From Albugo candida (Eukaryota), in NCBI GenBank assembly GCA_040437565.1, contig JBDOQK010000016.1:124001-188000 (forward strand): a stretch of 64,000 bases of DNA, written 5' to 3'. The notes beneath the pieces were generated by a model, which saw only the letters and a list, made by a program, of their open reading frames with translations, was not told the DNA's origin and did not search any database. Made by a program: the position numbers and the translations under genes. This document shows, piece after piece, positions 1 through 11,097 of this stretch. Each line of letters begins with the position of its first letter. Within the stretch, counting starts at the first letter, position 1.

Positions 1-269
1 CAATACCACATCGTAGCTAAGTACCTCGACGATTGTTTATGACACTTTTTTTCACCTGCATGATGATATACTATACTAAGCAACAACGGTACTTTGTTCA
101 CATCATCCAATTTGAGACGATTGCAGCACAGGACAGACAAAAGGATGCACATTTATGACGATTAGCATGAAGCTTTAAATTCCTTGGTTTCTAGAGATGT
201 GATTATACGCGCCATCACACAAGTGAAATGTGGAGTAGTAAACTTCCACAACTGGATCTTGCCTACCGT

Positions 270-1808
270 TTATTTGCCCGGAGCACGTGCATCCGAGAAT
301 TTGGAGTCTACACATGCACTGATATCGCTACCTTGACTACAAACACCAAAACTCGACATAGACAAAGGCGAGAAGCACCCTCGCTGCGACGTATTCGTTG
401 GACCACGTCTGGAAGATGCAGTCGGTGCAAATAGCGATAAGTCCCCGACACTTTCGCGAGCACTCACATAAGTTGGAGTTGCCGTACAAGTGGTCTGGTT
501 TTTCCGGGGTTCTACAGCACTTGCCCACGTGTACGAGTCTTCTTGGGGCGTATTACCGCTATCACGCGCGACTGATGTAATCGTTGAATAACACGGCTGC
601 ATCGATGCAATATTTGAGACCGGAATCGCGTAGTTGTCTACAGTGGAGCGCGTTGAACTCAAATTATTATACTGGCTTGGTGCTGTGGCTTCCAAGGACA
701 CGATGTCAGATGTTCGACGACCATAATTGTCTGAACATTGGGTTGGCTGACTGGCTTTCGAAGCACTTCCATTTGCGTTGAGGGCTGGGACAAGCAAGTC
801 ACGGTTTTTCTCACTTGGGTGTCGCAAAACCAGCATTACAAGCAGGCCGGTGATTAGACCAACAATAAACACGATGCAGACTACGTAAATGATGATCGTG
901 GTACCGGACAATTTGGGGACAGAGGAGTTTGAGGCTGGATCCCGGGTCGAGTTCGAGCTCAGATTTGACTGCGGTTTTGCCTGTGGTTTTGACAGAGAGT
1001 TTGACTGCGGGATTGATTCTGGAGGGGTAGTGGTCCATTCACTAGACGAGGTGTCGCTATCCACCGCGGGTTCACTCGGCGTATCATCGTTCGATATGTC
1101 CTGCGGCGTATCATCGTTCGATATGTCCTGCGGCGAATAATACGAATAACGCTTTCGACTGCTAGGTTGAATATTCGTCGGGGCGGGTGTTGGATCTGAT
1201 TCTTCATTGTCGCCGCTTGTGACAAAATCTTCTTCCCGTGTAGGTTGCAACTTCTCATTTCTTATATGTTGTGGGGACGACGTAACATGGGGCACTGAAG
1301 ATTTTGCACGCGGGGGCTCATCATTAGGAGGCGGCGAAATTACAGGCGGCGGTGTTGTAGTTGGTGGGGGTAAGACGGTCTCACTCTCTGGGGTAAGTGC
1401 TGGGTTGTCACCAGGTGCTGACGGTTTAGGTGGCACAAAGTCAGGATGGTTTGTAGGTGTGTTTGGTGGGTCTGGATGTGCATTGGCTCCACCGCCATTC
1501 GGTCTATGAGGCGTTTTTGCTCGCGTTCTTTTAGGCGGCAGAGCAGGCGGTGCTTCTTTCGGTGTTTCAGGCGGTTTTGGTTGCGGCGGTGGCGGTGGCG
1601 TGGGGGGCACGGATAATTGCGGGTTTTGTGGCGGCGTATCAACGGGAGTACGCTGGAATGTACTGAAGGCGTGTTGTGGAATAGAATTTTTTTCACCAGT
1701 ATCTCGAGTGGCATCTTGGCTTTGTGCACTAACAGCGGGGATTATCCTGGCGCATCGGACGATGATTAGTATCAGGACAGGAACCATGGGATTCCGCATC
1801 GCGACCAT
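270..1808 (-). CDS. Pro/Ser/Thr-rich (mucin-like) single-pass type I membrane protein, paralog A
   Basis: 512-aa ORF with hydrophobic N-terminus (MVPVLILIIVRCARIIPAVSA), long P/S/T-rich region, one TM helix (IIIYVVCIVFIVGLITGLLVMLVL followed by RHPSEK) and a Ser-rich C-terminal tail. Clearly paralogous to 8058..9449. Confidence 0.8.
   Translation of the reverse strand: MVAMRNPMVPVLILIIVRCARIIPAVSAQSQDATRDTGEKNSIPQHAFSTFQRTPVDTPPQNPQLSVPPTPPPPPQPKPPETPKEAPPALPPKRTRAKTPHRPNGGGANAHPDPPNTPTNHPDFVPPKPSAPGDNPALTPESETVLPPPTTTPPPVISPPPNDEPPRAKSSVPHVTSSPQHIRNEKLQPTREEDFVTSGDNEESDPTPAPTNIQPSSRKRYSYYSPQDISNDDTPQDISNDDTPSEPAVDSDTSSSEWTTTPPESIPQSNSLSKPQAKPQSNLSSNSTRDPASNSSVPKLSGTTIIIYVVCIVFIVGLITGLLVMLVLRHPSEKNRDLLVPALNANGSASKASQPTQCSDNYGRRTSDIVSLEATAPSQYNNLSSTRSTVDNYAIPVSNIASMQPCYSTITSVARDSGNTPQEDSYTWASAVEPRKNQTTCTATPTYVSARESVGDLSLFAPTASSRRGPTNTSQRGCFSPLSMSSFGVCSQGSDISACVDSKFSDARAPGK
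1077..1135. repeat. 27-bp perfect tandem repeat (2 copies plus partial) encoding PQDISNDDT twice
   Basis: cggcgtatcatcgttcgatatgtcctg occurs at 1077-1103 and 1104-1130; paralog B has a single diverged copy. Confidence 0.9.
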
Positions 1809-4249
1809 ATGGTCAAGATGCAGTCGTTTTTTTCTTTTTCTCTTTTAAGCGAAGTTTTGATTGCGTGTGTGATAGGGATGAAACTGAATTCATCTCTTTT
1901 ACTATTGACTTGGATAATAGCATGGACAATGTTGTCATGTAAAATGCAAGCAACAATTTTACTCGCTATAGTACGGTAAAGTATGCTCGAGGAAAGTACG
2001 CTCCTAAGGTTCGAGCAATAAGCGGTGTGGTGAACACAAAGTGATGCGCGGCTTAATAGTTAATGTTAATTCTGATTGTATACAATTGATCTAGAAACTT
2101 TATATCTCGAGTGAGCGCTAGTATGTTGACTTGGCTCTAAATGCTGGCATTGTTGTCTTCACAGCGCCGGGTATAAACTGGATAAATTGAATGGACGGAA
2201 ACAAGATGCTTCCCTGCGAAGACGCTATTTCGCTGCCTATGGAGCAAAGAACATGTGTGAATTGTTGGAGCAATAACCACGATAAATTCGAAGGCAGCAA
2301 AAGAGCAGCTCGTGGAACTTGCATCAGTATACTCAGTACAAAGATGCACCACTGCAACAAGTGTACTATGAAACACTGGAGCGTGGTTATTGAAGGGTGC
2401 TCGCCAAAAGCCTTAAGCAAGTTTCTTACTGCCGTCCACTAAAGCATCATGTCTTACACGGTATAAATTACAAACATGAGCAGTGAATTTTAAAAATTGC
2501 CTTTCTTGGGCAGCAGCAGCATAGCGTAAATGTAGGTCAGGTATGGAGTGCCTATATAGCCTGACCATAAGACTTACTATGACAACGACATCGGTGAAGG
2601 CGTCGTTATAGCTACATTAGACTTATTGAGTTACTGAAACGGCCCATGAAATCATACGTGGACATGAAAACACCTGTGGTAAATGAAGTACACCTTGCTC
2701 TTCACGGCCGTTTATGGCACCTTCTCAACCCACAACTACACGAGGTCATGTCTAGCCTGTACTTGAATATGATTTGCCTACATGTGGATGCTCCCTATCT
2801 GCTGTGCGCCACACTAGATTATACTTGCCGTAAAATTTTCTGCTTTTGCTCATATACTTGCAGTTACCGTTACCGTATTCGTAGCAAAAATCTTTGATGT
2901 CGAAGAGAATCCCGAATGATCCTTGTTTTGGAAATCTATCCAGCAATGCTGTCTTGATCGTACCATTGAATTGAGAAGAAAGCTCGTGCGCACTTTCCGT
3001 GGTGGAAGTCGGTATTGCCAATCGTCAACCGAAAACACACGATTACGCTACCTCCAGAAGACACAAAGTGATTTCACGTGCAGTGCAAAACGTCAGGCAA
3101 AACAAATCTGTTGTCCCATTCGAATCGTAGGCACTGTAGCACATGCAATGGTGGGCGGACAGGAAAATCTGAACAAAATCAGAAGTCCCTCCAGCCATAA
3201 TCGGAATATGCTTTCACACTCGCAAAACATATGCTAATGTAATTCGAGAGCTCCATTGAAGGATGAGGGTACAATATAATGTCGAGCTGATTCTTTCTGT
3301 ACAATCAGAATATACATCACATCTGGAAAGTAGTCGAAAAAGGGATCAAACTTTAGCTCGTTGTGTACGATCTTGTATATAAAATCGGACCAGAGTTGCA
3401 TGCATTATGGAAGTGAACATAATAATGTCCTAGTGATACTACATCGGCACTTGAGCGGGTTGTATGCAAGGTATGAGACCAACCGTCTAGTGCTACGCTG
3501 AAAAATCAGGGTGAAATCATGTTAAAGCTGACTTAGCATGTCTTTGCCCCCCAGTAGCTCTTGTAACTCTACAGCCGCTCTTTCGTAAACCTATATATCA
3601 CTGTCTCGGAAAAATACTGAAGACTTGGGTCTCAGAAGCTTTAGCAAATGAGTTCTGATATGTGTGATTCGGACTTCCACCATGCCAAGATTGTACCAAA
3701 CAATTTGCGTGATCTGATAAGGATTATCGGCTTCATAGAGTTGTACTGAGTCGCAATAAAACCACACTGGTTGCTTCATATAGAAATGACGTCGCTGTGG
3801 CGCAGTACGTTTTGCAATGGTGATGCTCCGATCATCTAGTGCCACATTTCGAGTACTTGGACATCTAACATGTCGATATGGAGCGATGGTAAAGGAAAAT
3901 ATCGGCTTGTTTTATTCGAATGGAGATTATATGAGCTGTAATGGTTCCGTCGAAACATTTGTCCAAAGGACCAAGAAGTATTGTTGGAGCATCAAATGCA
4001 AGCTCACAGGTTCAAATTCATTGTAGCTTTCTGAGTCGCACGTAGTAAGAATTTGTAGTCCGCTATCCTTTAACGGAGATACCAAAAAAAATTGCTGCCC
4101 AAGCGAACATGTTTGAAGCATTTCTATGTATCCGATAAGGCACAAATCAATTGAGCATCCGATATCACACACAAAATAGTCAATGCTGGTATGTGCCCGT
4201 GAACGTCGTAATGCCAGAGACGTGCTTGAAAAATAGTCTGCACAAGAAG

Positions 4250-5000
4250 TAGTCAAACACGGACAATGGGTGTACGTCGAAACAGACACCAAACGTATCG
4301 TAGAAACATTTGAGAAAGTTGATTTATTCATCAACTGAGTCAGTGTCTTGCTGGATTAATCTTTGAATACCCGACGGGGTCCTCTTTTGTTTTATTAGAT
4401 GACCCGGTATAGACCAATTTGAAGAGCAACAAAGGCTAGTTTAATGTAGATTTGGTATCAGATCCACATAAGTAAACTAGTTCGAGCTGCGACAAAAATC
4501 ATAAAGTTTCCGATAGCAGGCTAGCAATATCCATATGACAGTACATTAATGCAATACATTGGCCAAATCTTTGATAGTCATCGAGAAAGAATCGCATGTT
4601 ACGCTCCATTTTATGGTATAATATAAGTTTCAATATGTTCATTTACTATCAGCGGAGCCTCTCTGTCGGTATACAAAGGCGAAACCTTTTGATGAAATAT
4701 TTTCCAGTAGCGCCGAATTTTCTCAACATCCGAAATATGAACGTTCAATTGGCTCGATCTTGAGCCTAATCAGAGTTCGAAATATGTCGTATCTGCTTCT
4801 TCGATGCGATGAGCTACGTCGTTGAGATGTTAAATGGGATGATGCAATCAGCATCTTCGTTCTCGCACCAGTGCTTTCTGGTCTTGATATATCAATTCAT
4901 CTATAATCGACCAAGTAGAGTGCAGCACGGTTTTAGACCCTATCGAGTACGATTGAGATGGCGAAGCGATAATGCACATGCGCAATGGCTTATCGTCACG
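4250..5000 (-). mobile_element. Degenerate non-LTR (L1/Tx1-like) reverse-transcriptase remnant, minus strand
   Basis: Minus-strand translation gives LIYQDQKALVRER and (stop)AQDRAN(stop)TFIFRMLRKFG, resembling LIxxDQKGF and DFEKAYDRVNWxFL of LINE RTs. Many stops and frameshifts; boundaries approximate. Confidence 0.6.
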
Positions 5001-5059
5001 TTTAGATATATGCTCAGCTGCATTTTCGCTTCTGATCTGCAAAAAGATACTTCAATTCA

Positions 5060-6900
5060 ATCAGAATGTCACTCGGAAGTCACCTTGCTTAACAAAAAAA
5101 CACAATTCGATCCAGGCAAGTATAGACCAATTGCATTGCTTCGATGTGTATGTGTACTTGAAAAGATCTGTATCGCGGCAATCGCTCCCAAACTGATCAA
5201 TCAAGACCAGAAACCATTCTTGCTTTGACGGTCGATTCGACATCTCACCGACATGGATGATTCTTTTACTGGTCGTATGCAAGAATCATATGCGACATTT
5301 CAATCTTGCTAACGCTCGACTGAGATAGTCGAGCTCGCATGTTTCGAGTTTTATAAATAAGATTATCGAATGAATGGTCTCGCCTTTCCTACACCGAAAC
5401 AAATGACCAGCTGATGACTAAAGAAGTATCATCGTTTCCATTATACCACAAGATGGAGTAAAACAAGGCGATCCTCTACCAGTATTTGCAACTTATGAAT
5501 AATTTTGCGGAAGATTCAAGCCTGTTCTTGAGAACGTTTTCTGAATTTTTGGCGAAGCTTGAATTCGTTAATCCTGAGATGATAGATTAGGTGCCACACT
5601 CGGCATGAGGTAGTAGTATTTTCTCGCTTTCTGGGAATCGGAGCATGCCGTGTCCACACATTCTTTCAAACCTCAGTGGATTAGGAGATTTCGGTTTTGA
5701 TATTTAGGCATTTCGGTCAGCCAGACACTGACTCATTCCATGATTCTAACAAGTTTTCACACGCATTATACGATGAAAATGGTGTATGATTTTTACATCC
5801 ACGCACTACCCATGGTCAAATACTGGCTGCGCAGACGATGATGACTTCGCGTCTGTGGCATTACACTATGCACGTAAGCATAACGGCTCAATAGCCTATC
5901 TGATTGTGCTACTTGATGTTTCATAGCTTTGTGCTTGGTTTAGAACACAAAAATGACTTGAACATGCTCAATTGATCAGCAAAGACTTCTATATCTCCGT
6001 CGACAAGATGACGAATCATATGTTCCTCTTTTGTGGGAGTTTGGAACGGTCAAGTAATCCGAGGTCTATAAAATTTGCATCCGATGCTTGGATAATGATT
6101 TTGATTTTTGAGCAACTGCGTGAACGGAATTCCTACAGCTCAATCCATCTCTTTGTCACGACGCAAGCCGAAGAACATATTTACCATCCCACCACATCGA
6201 TATAGGAGTAGAACACTGAGAGCCGCATCTTCTTATTGGAACTAAGCATTTGTAATGTGGCATCACATTGATGGGACGATTGCCATTGCAAATCATACTG
6301 TGCTAAATAGCGATTTCAGTCCGGAAATGAGAAATATTGTGGTCTTGCTGCAGCTCAGTACTACGTTATGATTCCATTACGCGTAATCTAAGCACGCAGA
6401 ATTTTTGGCACGATCTTGTGATGGTGGGCGACCGCACCAAATGTTTCAAGATATTTCGGTACAGCTTTGACATCCAAGGTACCAATATTTTTCCGATGTA
6501 GTGATAGATGGCGTAAGAAATGCATTTTTGGAAGTGTGTTTCAGCGATCGAAAGCTAATGGCTAACAAAAACCTTTCAGCCGACATGCATTCTTCAGCAT
6601 TTTCGCCTGAAGCTGTTTTATTCACTTGCATTTACCTCGATACAAGTGCAAGATCGGTTTTTGTGCAAAGATATAGCAACAGGTGGGAGAATTGTTTTTG
6701 GCTATCTCACCATACAAGCTCTTAGGAATCGTTGTAGAACACTTTTTGAAGCAACTTCAAGAAAACCATTACCAATACGTAATTCATCTCGGGATTAATT
6801 GGAAGCTACATTCACAGACCGGGCTTGGGACGGAAGTAAGAATTTTCGAATGTGTACTTTTGACTGAGCATCACTAAGACGCGCTGGGTATCGACATCGT
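5060..6900 (+). mobile_element. Degenerate non-LTR (L1/Tx1-like) retrotransposon RT remnant, plus strand
   Basis: VTLLNKKTQFDPGKYRPIALL (~5079-5141), PKLINQDQKPF, GVKQGDPL (5455-5478) and YLGI (5701-5712) are characteristic LINE RT motifs; frames are disrupted. 3' end approximate. Confidence 0.75.
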
Positions 6901-7759
6901 TGATGCAATCTCACTTTACATTTTCTCGTATCCAACTACCTCCAATTATATCCATTCCTTCAGATGCGCCTAGTGCGATGTGAGTTCTGATATACAGAGG
7001 ATAATTATCCCGATGTCGTATTGTTCGCGCAGCCTTCGAATGAGCAGTCAAATTAGATCAACGTTTCTTTTTTAGGTGAGGCTACTATCAGTAGGAGTCT
7101 GTGTTTCCCTCCCGGTCACGTTGAAAAAGTATTGCATGTTCTATTGTGTCTACGGTACAGATGGGATGGAAATATTTTCAATGATTTTCTGTGACCTATG
7201 GATTGCACTGCAGGTATTGACACCTCACTTCGTCTGGATGCACAGTGTATGACATGTAACATTTGTGTCTGCATTGCTTCCTCGGGATTTTTCAAGGAAG
7301 AGCAATCGCAGTGTCGACTCTTTCGTGACAATTCACAAGTCTTAGGATTCCAGCACCTTCCGTGATTACATCCCATTTGGTGCGCACGTTCAGTACTTCC
7401 GACGCCGGCGTTGCGACCAAGGCAAACGCAATCAACTAAGAATAATCCTGAATAGAGTCGCAAAGTAAGGACCACTGGTGTTTTTTGCCGAACTTGAAGT
7501 TCGTTGCTGCAGGAGCGGTAACGGCAAGTGTAAGTGAAATGTCGACTCTGTTCTCGTCGGATGGATTTATTCCCTATAGTGGGGCGCGCATCAAATAGAG
7601 AGGAAACTACTTCAACGCAAGCAAGACATATTCTTGTATTGCTGTGTGCATATTTGCATTTTGTTTTTATTATTATCATGAAAGATAGTATTGGCCTTTA
7701 AAAACTCAGTAAATCTGATTGCATTCGTATAGACATCTTCAATCTCAATGGCTTACACA

Positions 7760-9781
7760 CCAGTTACGCAACGGAGCATCGTGACATGACATTTCTCCAC
7801 CTGACCGTTTACAAGCACTTACGGTATTGCTCTGAATTATAGCAGCGAATTTGAAAGAATTGCACCACAGGACAGATAAATGGGTGCACATTCATTACAA
7901 TAAGTTTTACGCTTGATATTCCTCTACTTAGGTTATACAGAAATCTGGGGACAGCGCGTTATCACAATGTCACAAACGCGTTCGATTCCTGTGAGATTGA
8001 ACATAAGAGCGAGACATTTGGAGTCTAGAAGCTCCATAATTATATATTCCCTGCCGTTTACTTGACCGGGGGACGTGGATCCGAGAATTTGGAATCTACA
8101 CATGCACTGATACCGCTGCCTTGAGTACACCCCGCAAATTTCGACATAGTCATAGGCGAGAGGCGCCCTCGTTTCATCGTACTGGCTGGAGCACAACTGG
8201 AAGTCACAGTCGGTGCAAATAACGACAAGTCACCTACACTACCGCGAGGACTCACAAACGATGGAGTTGCTGTACAAATGCTATGGTCGTTCCGGGGTTC
8301 TACAGCACTTGTCCATATGCACGAGTCTCTTTGGGGCCCATAGCCGCTATCACGTGATAATGATGGGATCGTTGGATAGCATGGTTGCATCGATGCAAAG
8401 TTTGGGATCGGAATTGCATACTTGTCTACATTGGAGCGCGTTGAATGCAAATGGTTGTACTGGTTTGTTGCGGCTTCGAAGGACATAATGTCAGATGTTT
8501 GCCGACCACTAATTCCTGAAGATTGGGTCGGTTGAGTGTTTTTAGAAGCACTCACGTTCCCATCATGGATCGAAACAAGCGAGTCACGTTCCTTCTTTTT
8601 TGAGTACCGCAAAATTAACAATACGAGCAAACCAATAAGTAGACCAAGAAAGACCACGATACACACCACCTGAATGATGATCGCGGTACCAGAAATACTG
8701 GTGCCAGACTTTGAGTCTGAGTTCTGATCTGCATCCGAGTTCGACTCCAACGTTGAGTTCGAGGTCGAATTCGAGTCTAAGTCCAAGTCCGAGTTCGGCT
8801 TTTCCTGTGGATTCGACTGTGAGGTGGAGTGTGGAGGGGCAGCGCTCCATCCAGTGGACGAAGTGTCGCTATCCACCGCAGATTCACTCGACATATCATC
8901 GTTCGGTATCGTCTGCGGCGACTGATGCTTTTGATTGCTACCTTGAACATAGTTGTGGTCAGCTGTCGGAGATGCTTCTTCATATTGTTCGGGTGGATCC
9001 ACTTCGTCGGCGTATTGTTTATCCTCACTTCCTATTTGTTGCGGTGCAGCTTCAATTATAGGTGTTTCCGTACTTGGAGGCCCACTTACGGGAACGATAG
9101 ATGTCGAGGGCGGCGAAAATGTATTTTGTAAGGGTACGTCTGTTTGAAATATTGGTTCGGGCTTGTGTACATGGCTAGGTCCTGGCGGTATAGGTGGTCG
9201 TGGAGCAGGATCGGCTCGCTTCGAAACAGGTTTCCCAGACGGGGCTGTGTTGTGTGGTGAGGGGGGGGGTCCAAAACCAGGTCGCGGTAGCGGTGGCGAT
9301 GGAGTAGTCCGTTTATGAGGTGGTGCAATCCCTTTATTTTTATCATCATCTACGGGAATGCTCGAGCGAATTTCGTGGCTACCATCCGGTGGTTCACCAG
9401 TAGTTTCAATTGGGTTTGGTTGGCTTTGCGTACTGGCAGCGGGGCCCATCGTGGCGTATCGGGCGATGAGGAAGTATCAGGAGAGTAAGAATGGATTTCC
9501 GCTTTGCGATGTTATTGTCACAATATAATCGCTTTCTTTCTTATCTGTTTCACGCTCAGAATTGATTGCGTTTGTGGTGGAGATGAGACTAAAGTCATCT
9601 ATTCTACTATTGACTTGGATAATAGCTTGGACGAATGTCGCCATGTAAAATGCACACAAGCTTTTATTGGCTAAAGTATCGTAAAGTATGCACGAGGAAA
9701 GTACGCTCTCAAGTTTCAAGCATTTATTTTCTATCCTGTATTCGGTAGGCGGTGTGGCGAACATAACTCTGAGCGCGGCTC
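7760..9781. repeat. Segmental duplication, copy B
   Basis: Direct-orientation diverged copy of ~1..2055 including the 5' and 3' flanks. Confidence 0.85.
8058..9449 (-). CDS. Pro/Ser-rich single-pass membrane protein, paralog B (signal peptide disrupted)
   Basis: 463-aa ORF; TM (IIIQVVCIVVFLGLLIGLLVLLIL) and cytoplasmic tail are strongly similar to paralog A (e.g. ASMQPCY, VGDLSLFAPT, ACVDSKFSD). Confidence 0.75.
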   Translation of the reverse strand: MGPAASTQSQPNPIETTGEPPDGSHEIRSSIPVDDDKNKGIAPPHKRTTPSPPLPRPGFGPPPSPHNTAPSGKPVSKRADPAPRPPIPPGPSHVHKPEPIFQTDVPLQNTFSPPSTSIVPVSGPPSTETPIIEAAPQQIGSEDKQYADEVDPPEQYEEASPTADHNYVQGSNQKHQSPQTIPNDDMSSESAVDSDTSSTGWSAAPPHSTSQSNPQEKPNSDLDLDSNSTSNSTLESNSDADQNSDSKSGTSISGTAIIIQVVCIVVFLGLLIGLLVLLILRYSKKKERDSLVSIHDGNVSASKNTQPTQSSGISGRQTSDIMSFEAATNQYNHLHSTRSNVDKYAIPIPNFASMQPCYPTIPSLSRDSGYGPQRDSCIWTSAVEPRNDHSICTATPSFVSPRGSVGDLSLFAPTVTSSCAPASTMKRGRLSPMTMSKFAGCTQGSGISACVDSKFSDPRPPVK

Positions 9782-10427
9782 AGTTTTCAGGTTTGAATGA
9801 ATTCTGTGGGTATTGAGTATTTACAACCAGACCCTCCGTATTGTTTTCTACTGTTAAGAAAGTTTAAATCCTGAAACGGTTTTGATATAGAAATTGTGGT
9901 CACAAGCTTCGTATCTTGCCAGCACACTGTCACCTGTAACGTGGCGATAGATTCGACAACAGGGAACTGAGATGTTTTCAAGCATTTTGATACACGACAA
10001 TATCAGACTGTTTTGGAGCGGTTTAAGGAGTGATTGGTCCCCCTGTTACCATACAATATCTACTCCACTGCACAAAATGCAAGTCGATTGAGGACGGAAG
10101 CAGTTCCTGGAAGATGCCCGCTCAAACGTCTATTGTACGGCTCATGTCCGAGAACAGAAATGGAGTGTATTTCATAGTCGACCGGAGTGGACTGTGATCT
10201 GATTACTGAATGAATGAAAGCTGATCTGATAATTTGCAATATTTGATTACCTGTTGGTCATCGGATCGTAATTTTCCCAATTCACAAAGATCGCTGTTGC
10301 AAAATGACGTGTTGAGAATTTATATTACTCGTTACGACGCCACTCATTACGCGCAAGTATGTCGGCCAATACAAGAAGTTTTGTTATGATCCAAGATGTG
10401 ATATTACAATAATAGCCATACTCGATG

Positions 10428-11097
10428 CTACGAGTCGAATGGAAGACTCATTTTGGATAAAGTTGGAAAGCATACGGTTCGAATGGAGTTGTATATTTCT
10501 CGTAGAAAGCTTACTCGAGGACGTAGATGCTACAAAACAACATCAGTATTGTTGTAACCCTGCAAATAACATTTCGATACCTCAAAAGCTAGAATCAGTC
10601 GATCAGGACTCGTTTTCGTCACAAATGCGATGTAATAGTAGACGGATGCAAATGATATTGCTTCATTGATTAGAATCGCTTGAAGATGAGTACGGTCAAT
10701 AAAACGTATTTGCTTCTTCCCATTCCAATAGTGCTTTGTTAGTTGAATGCCAATGGCTGGGATGAGAAGAATAGACTCTAAGGAAGAGCGCTGTAGCGCG
10801 CACTGGGTGTCAATTCATCAAATATGTCCTACCTTTTTGCACGTTCCAATCCATCAAACGGACAAATCCGAATGACGCAACATAGACAAAACACACCATA
10901 ACAAGCACACTCCAAATCCACTTTAAGGCCATATTGAATGTACTACACCAGATAGCAGCGGCAAATCCAACCGACATCACGATCATGAAATTTCGCAGTT
11001 CACAAAAGTATCGAAGTATCTGTATGGATCGTTCAGAGCTCGTAGAAACAACGAATTCGGTTGCATTGCTACCATACGCTCGAATCTCGACTTGCAT
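10428..11097 (-). CDS. PIGH: GPI-GlcNAc transferase subunit H (PIG-H/Gpi15), 3 exons
   Basis: Two hydrophobic segments, then spliced ESILLIPAIGIQLTKHYWNGKKQIRFIDRTHLQAILINEAISFASVYYYIAF...LILAFE|HLRPRVSFLREIYNSIR, matching the PIG-H family pattern; GT-AG introns. Exons 2-3 are not in the ORF track. Confidence 0.8.

Larger units (their letters stand above)
1..2055. repeat. Segmental duplication, copy A (gene plus flanks), homologous to ~7760..9781
   Basis: Shared flanking sequence, e.g. actattgacttggataatag...tgtaaaatgca...gaggaaagtacgctc upstream (~1901-2003 vs ~9607-9708) and cacaggacaga...tgcacatt downstream (~127-153 vs ~7866-7892). Confidence 0.85.

Noticed and set aside
7116-7679. 187-aa Cys-rich minus-strand ORF, faintly like a transposase zinc-finger fragment
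   Set aside because: No convincing motif, catalytic signature or terminal repeats could be identified by eye.
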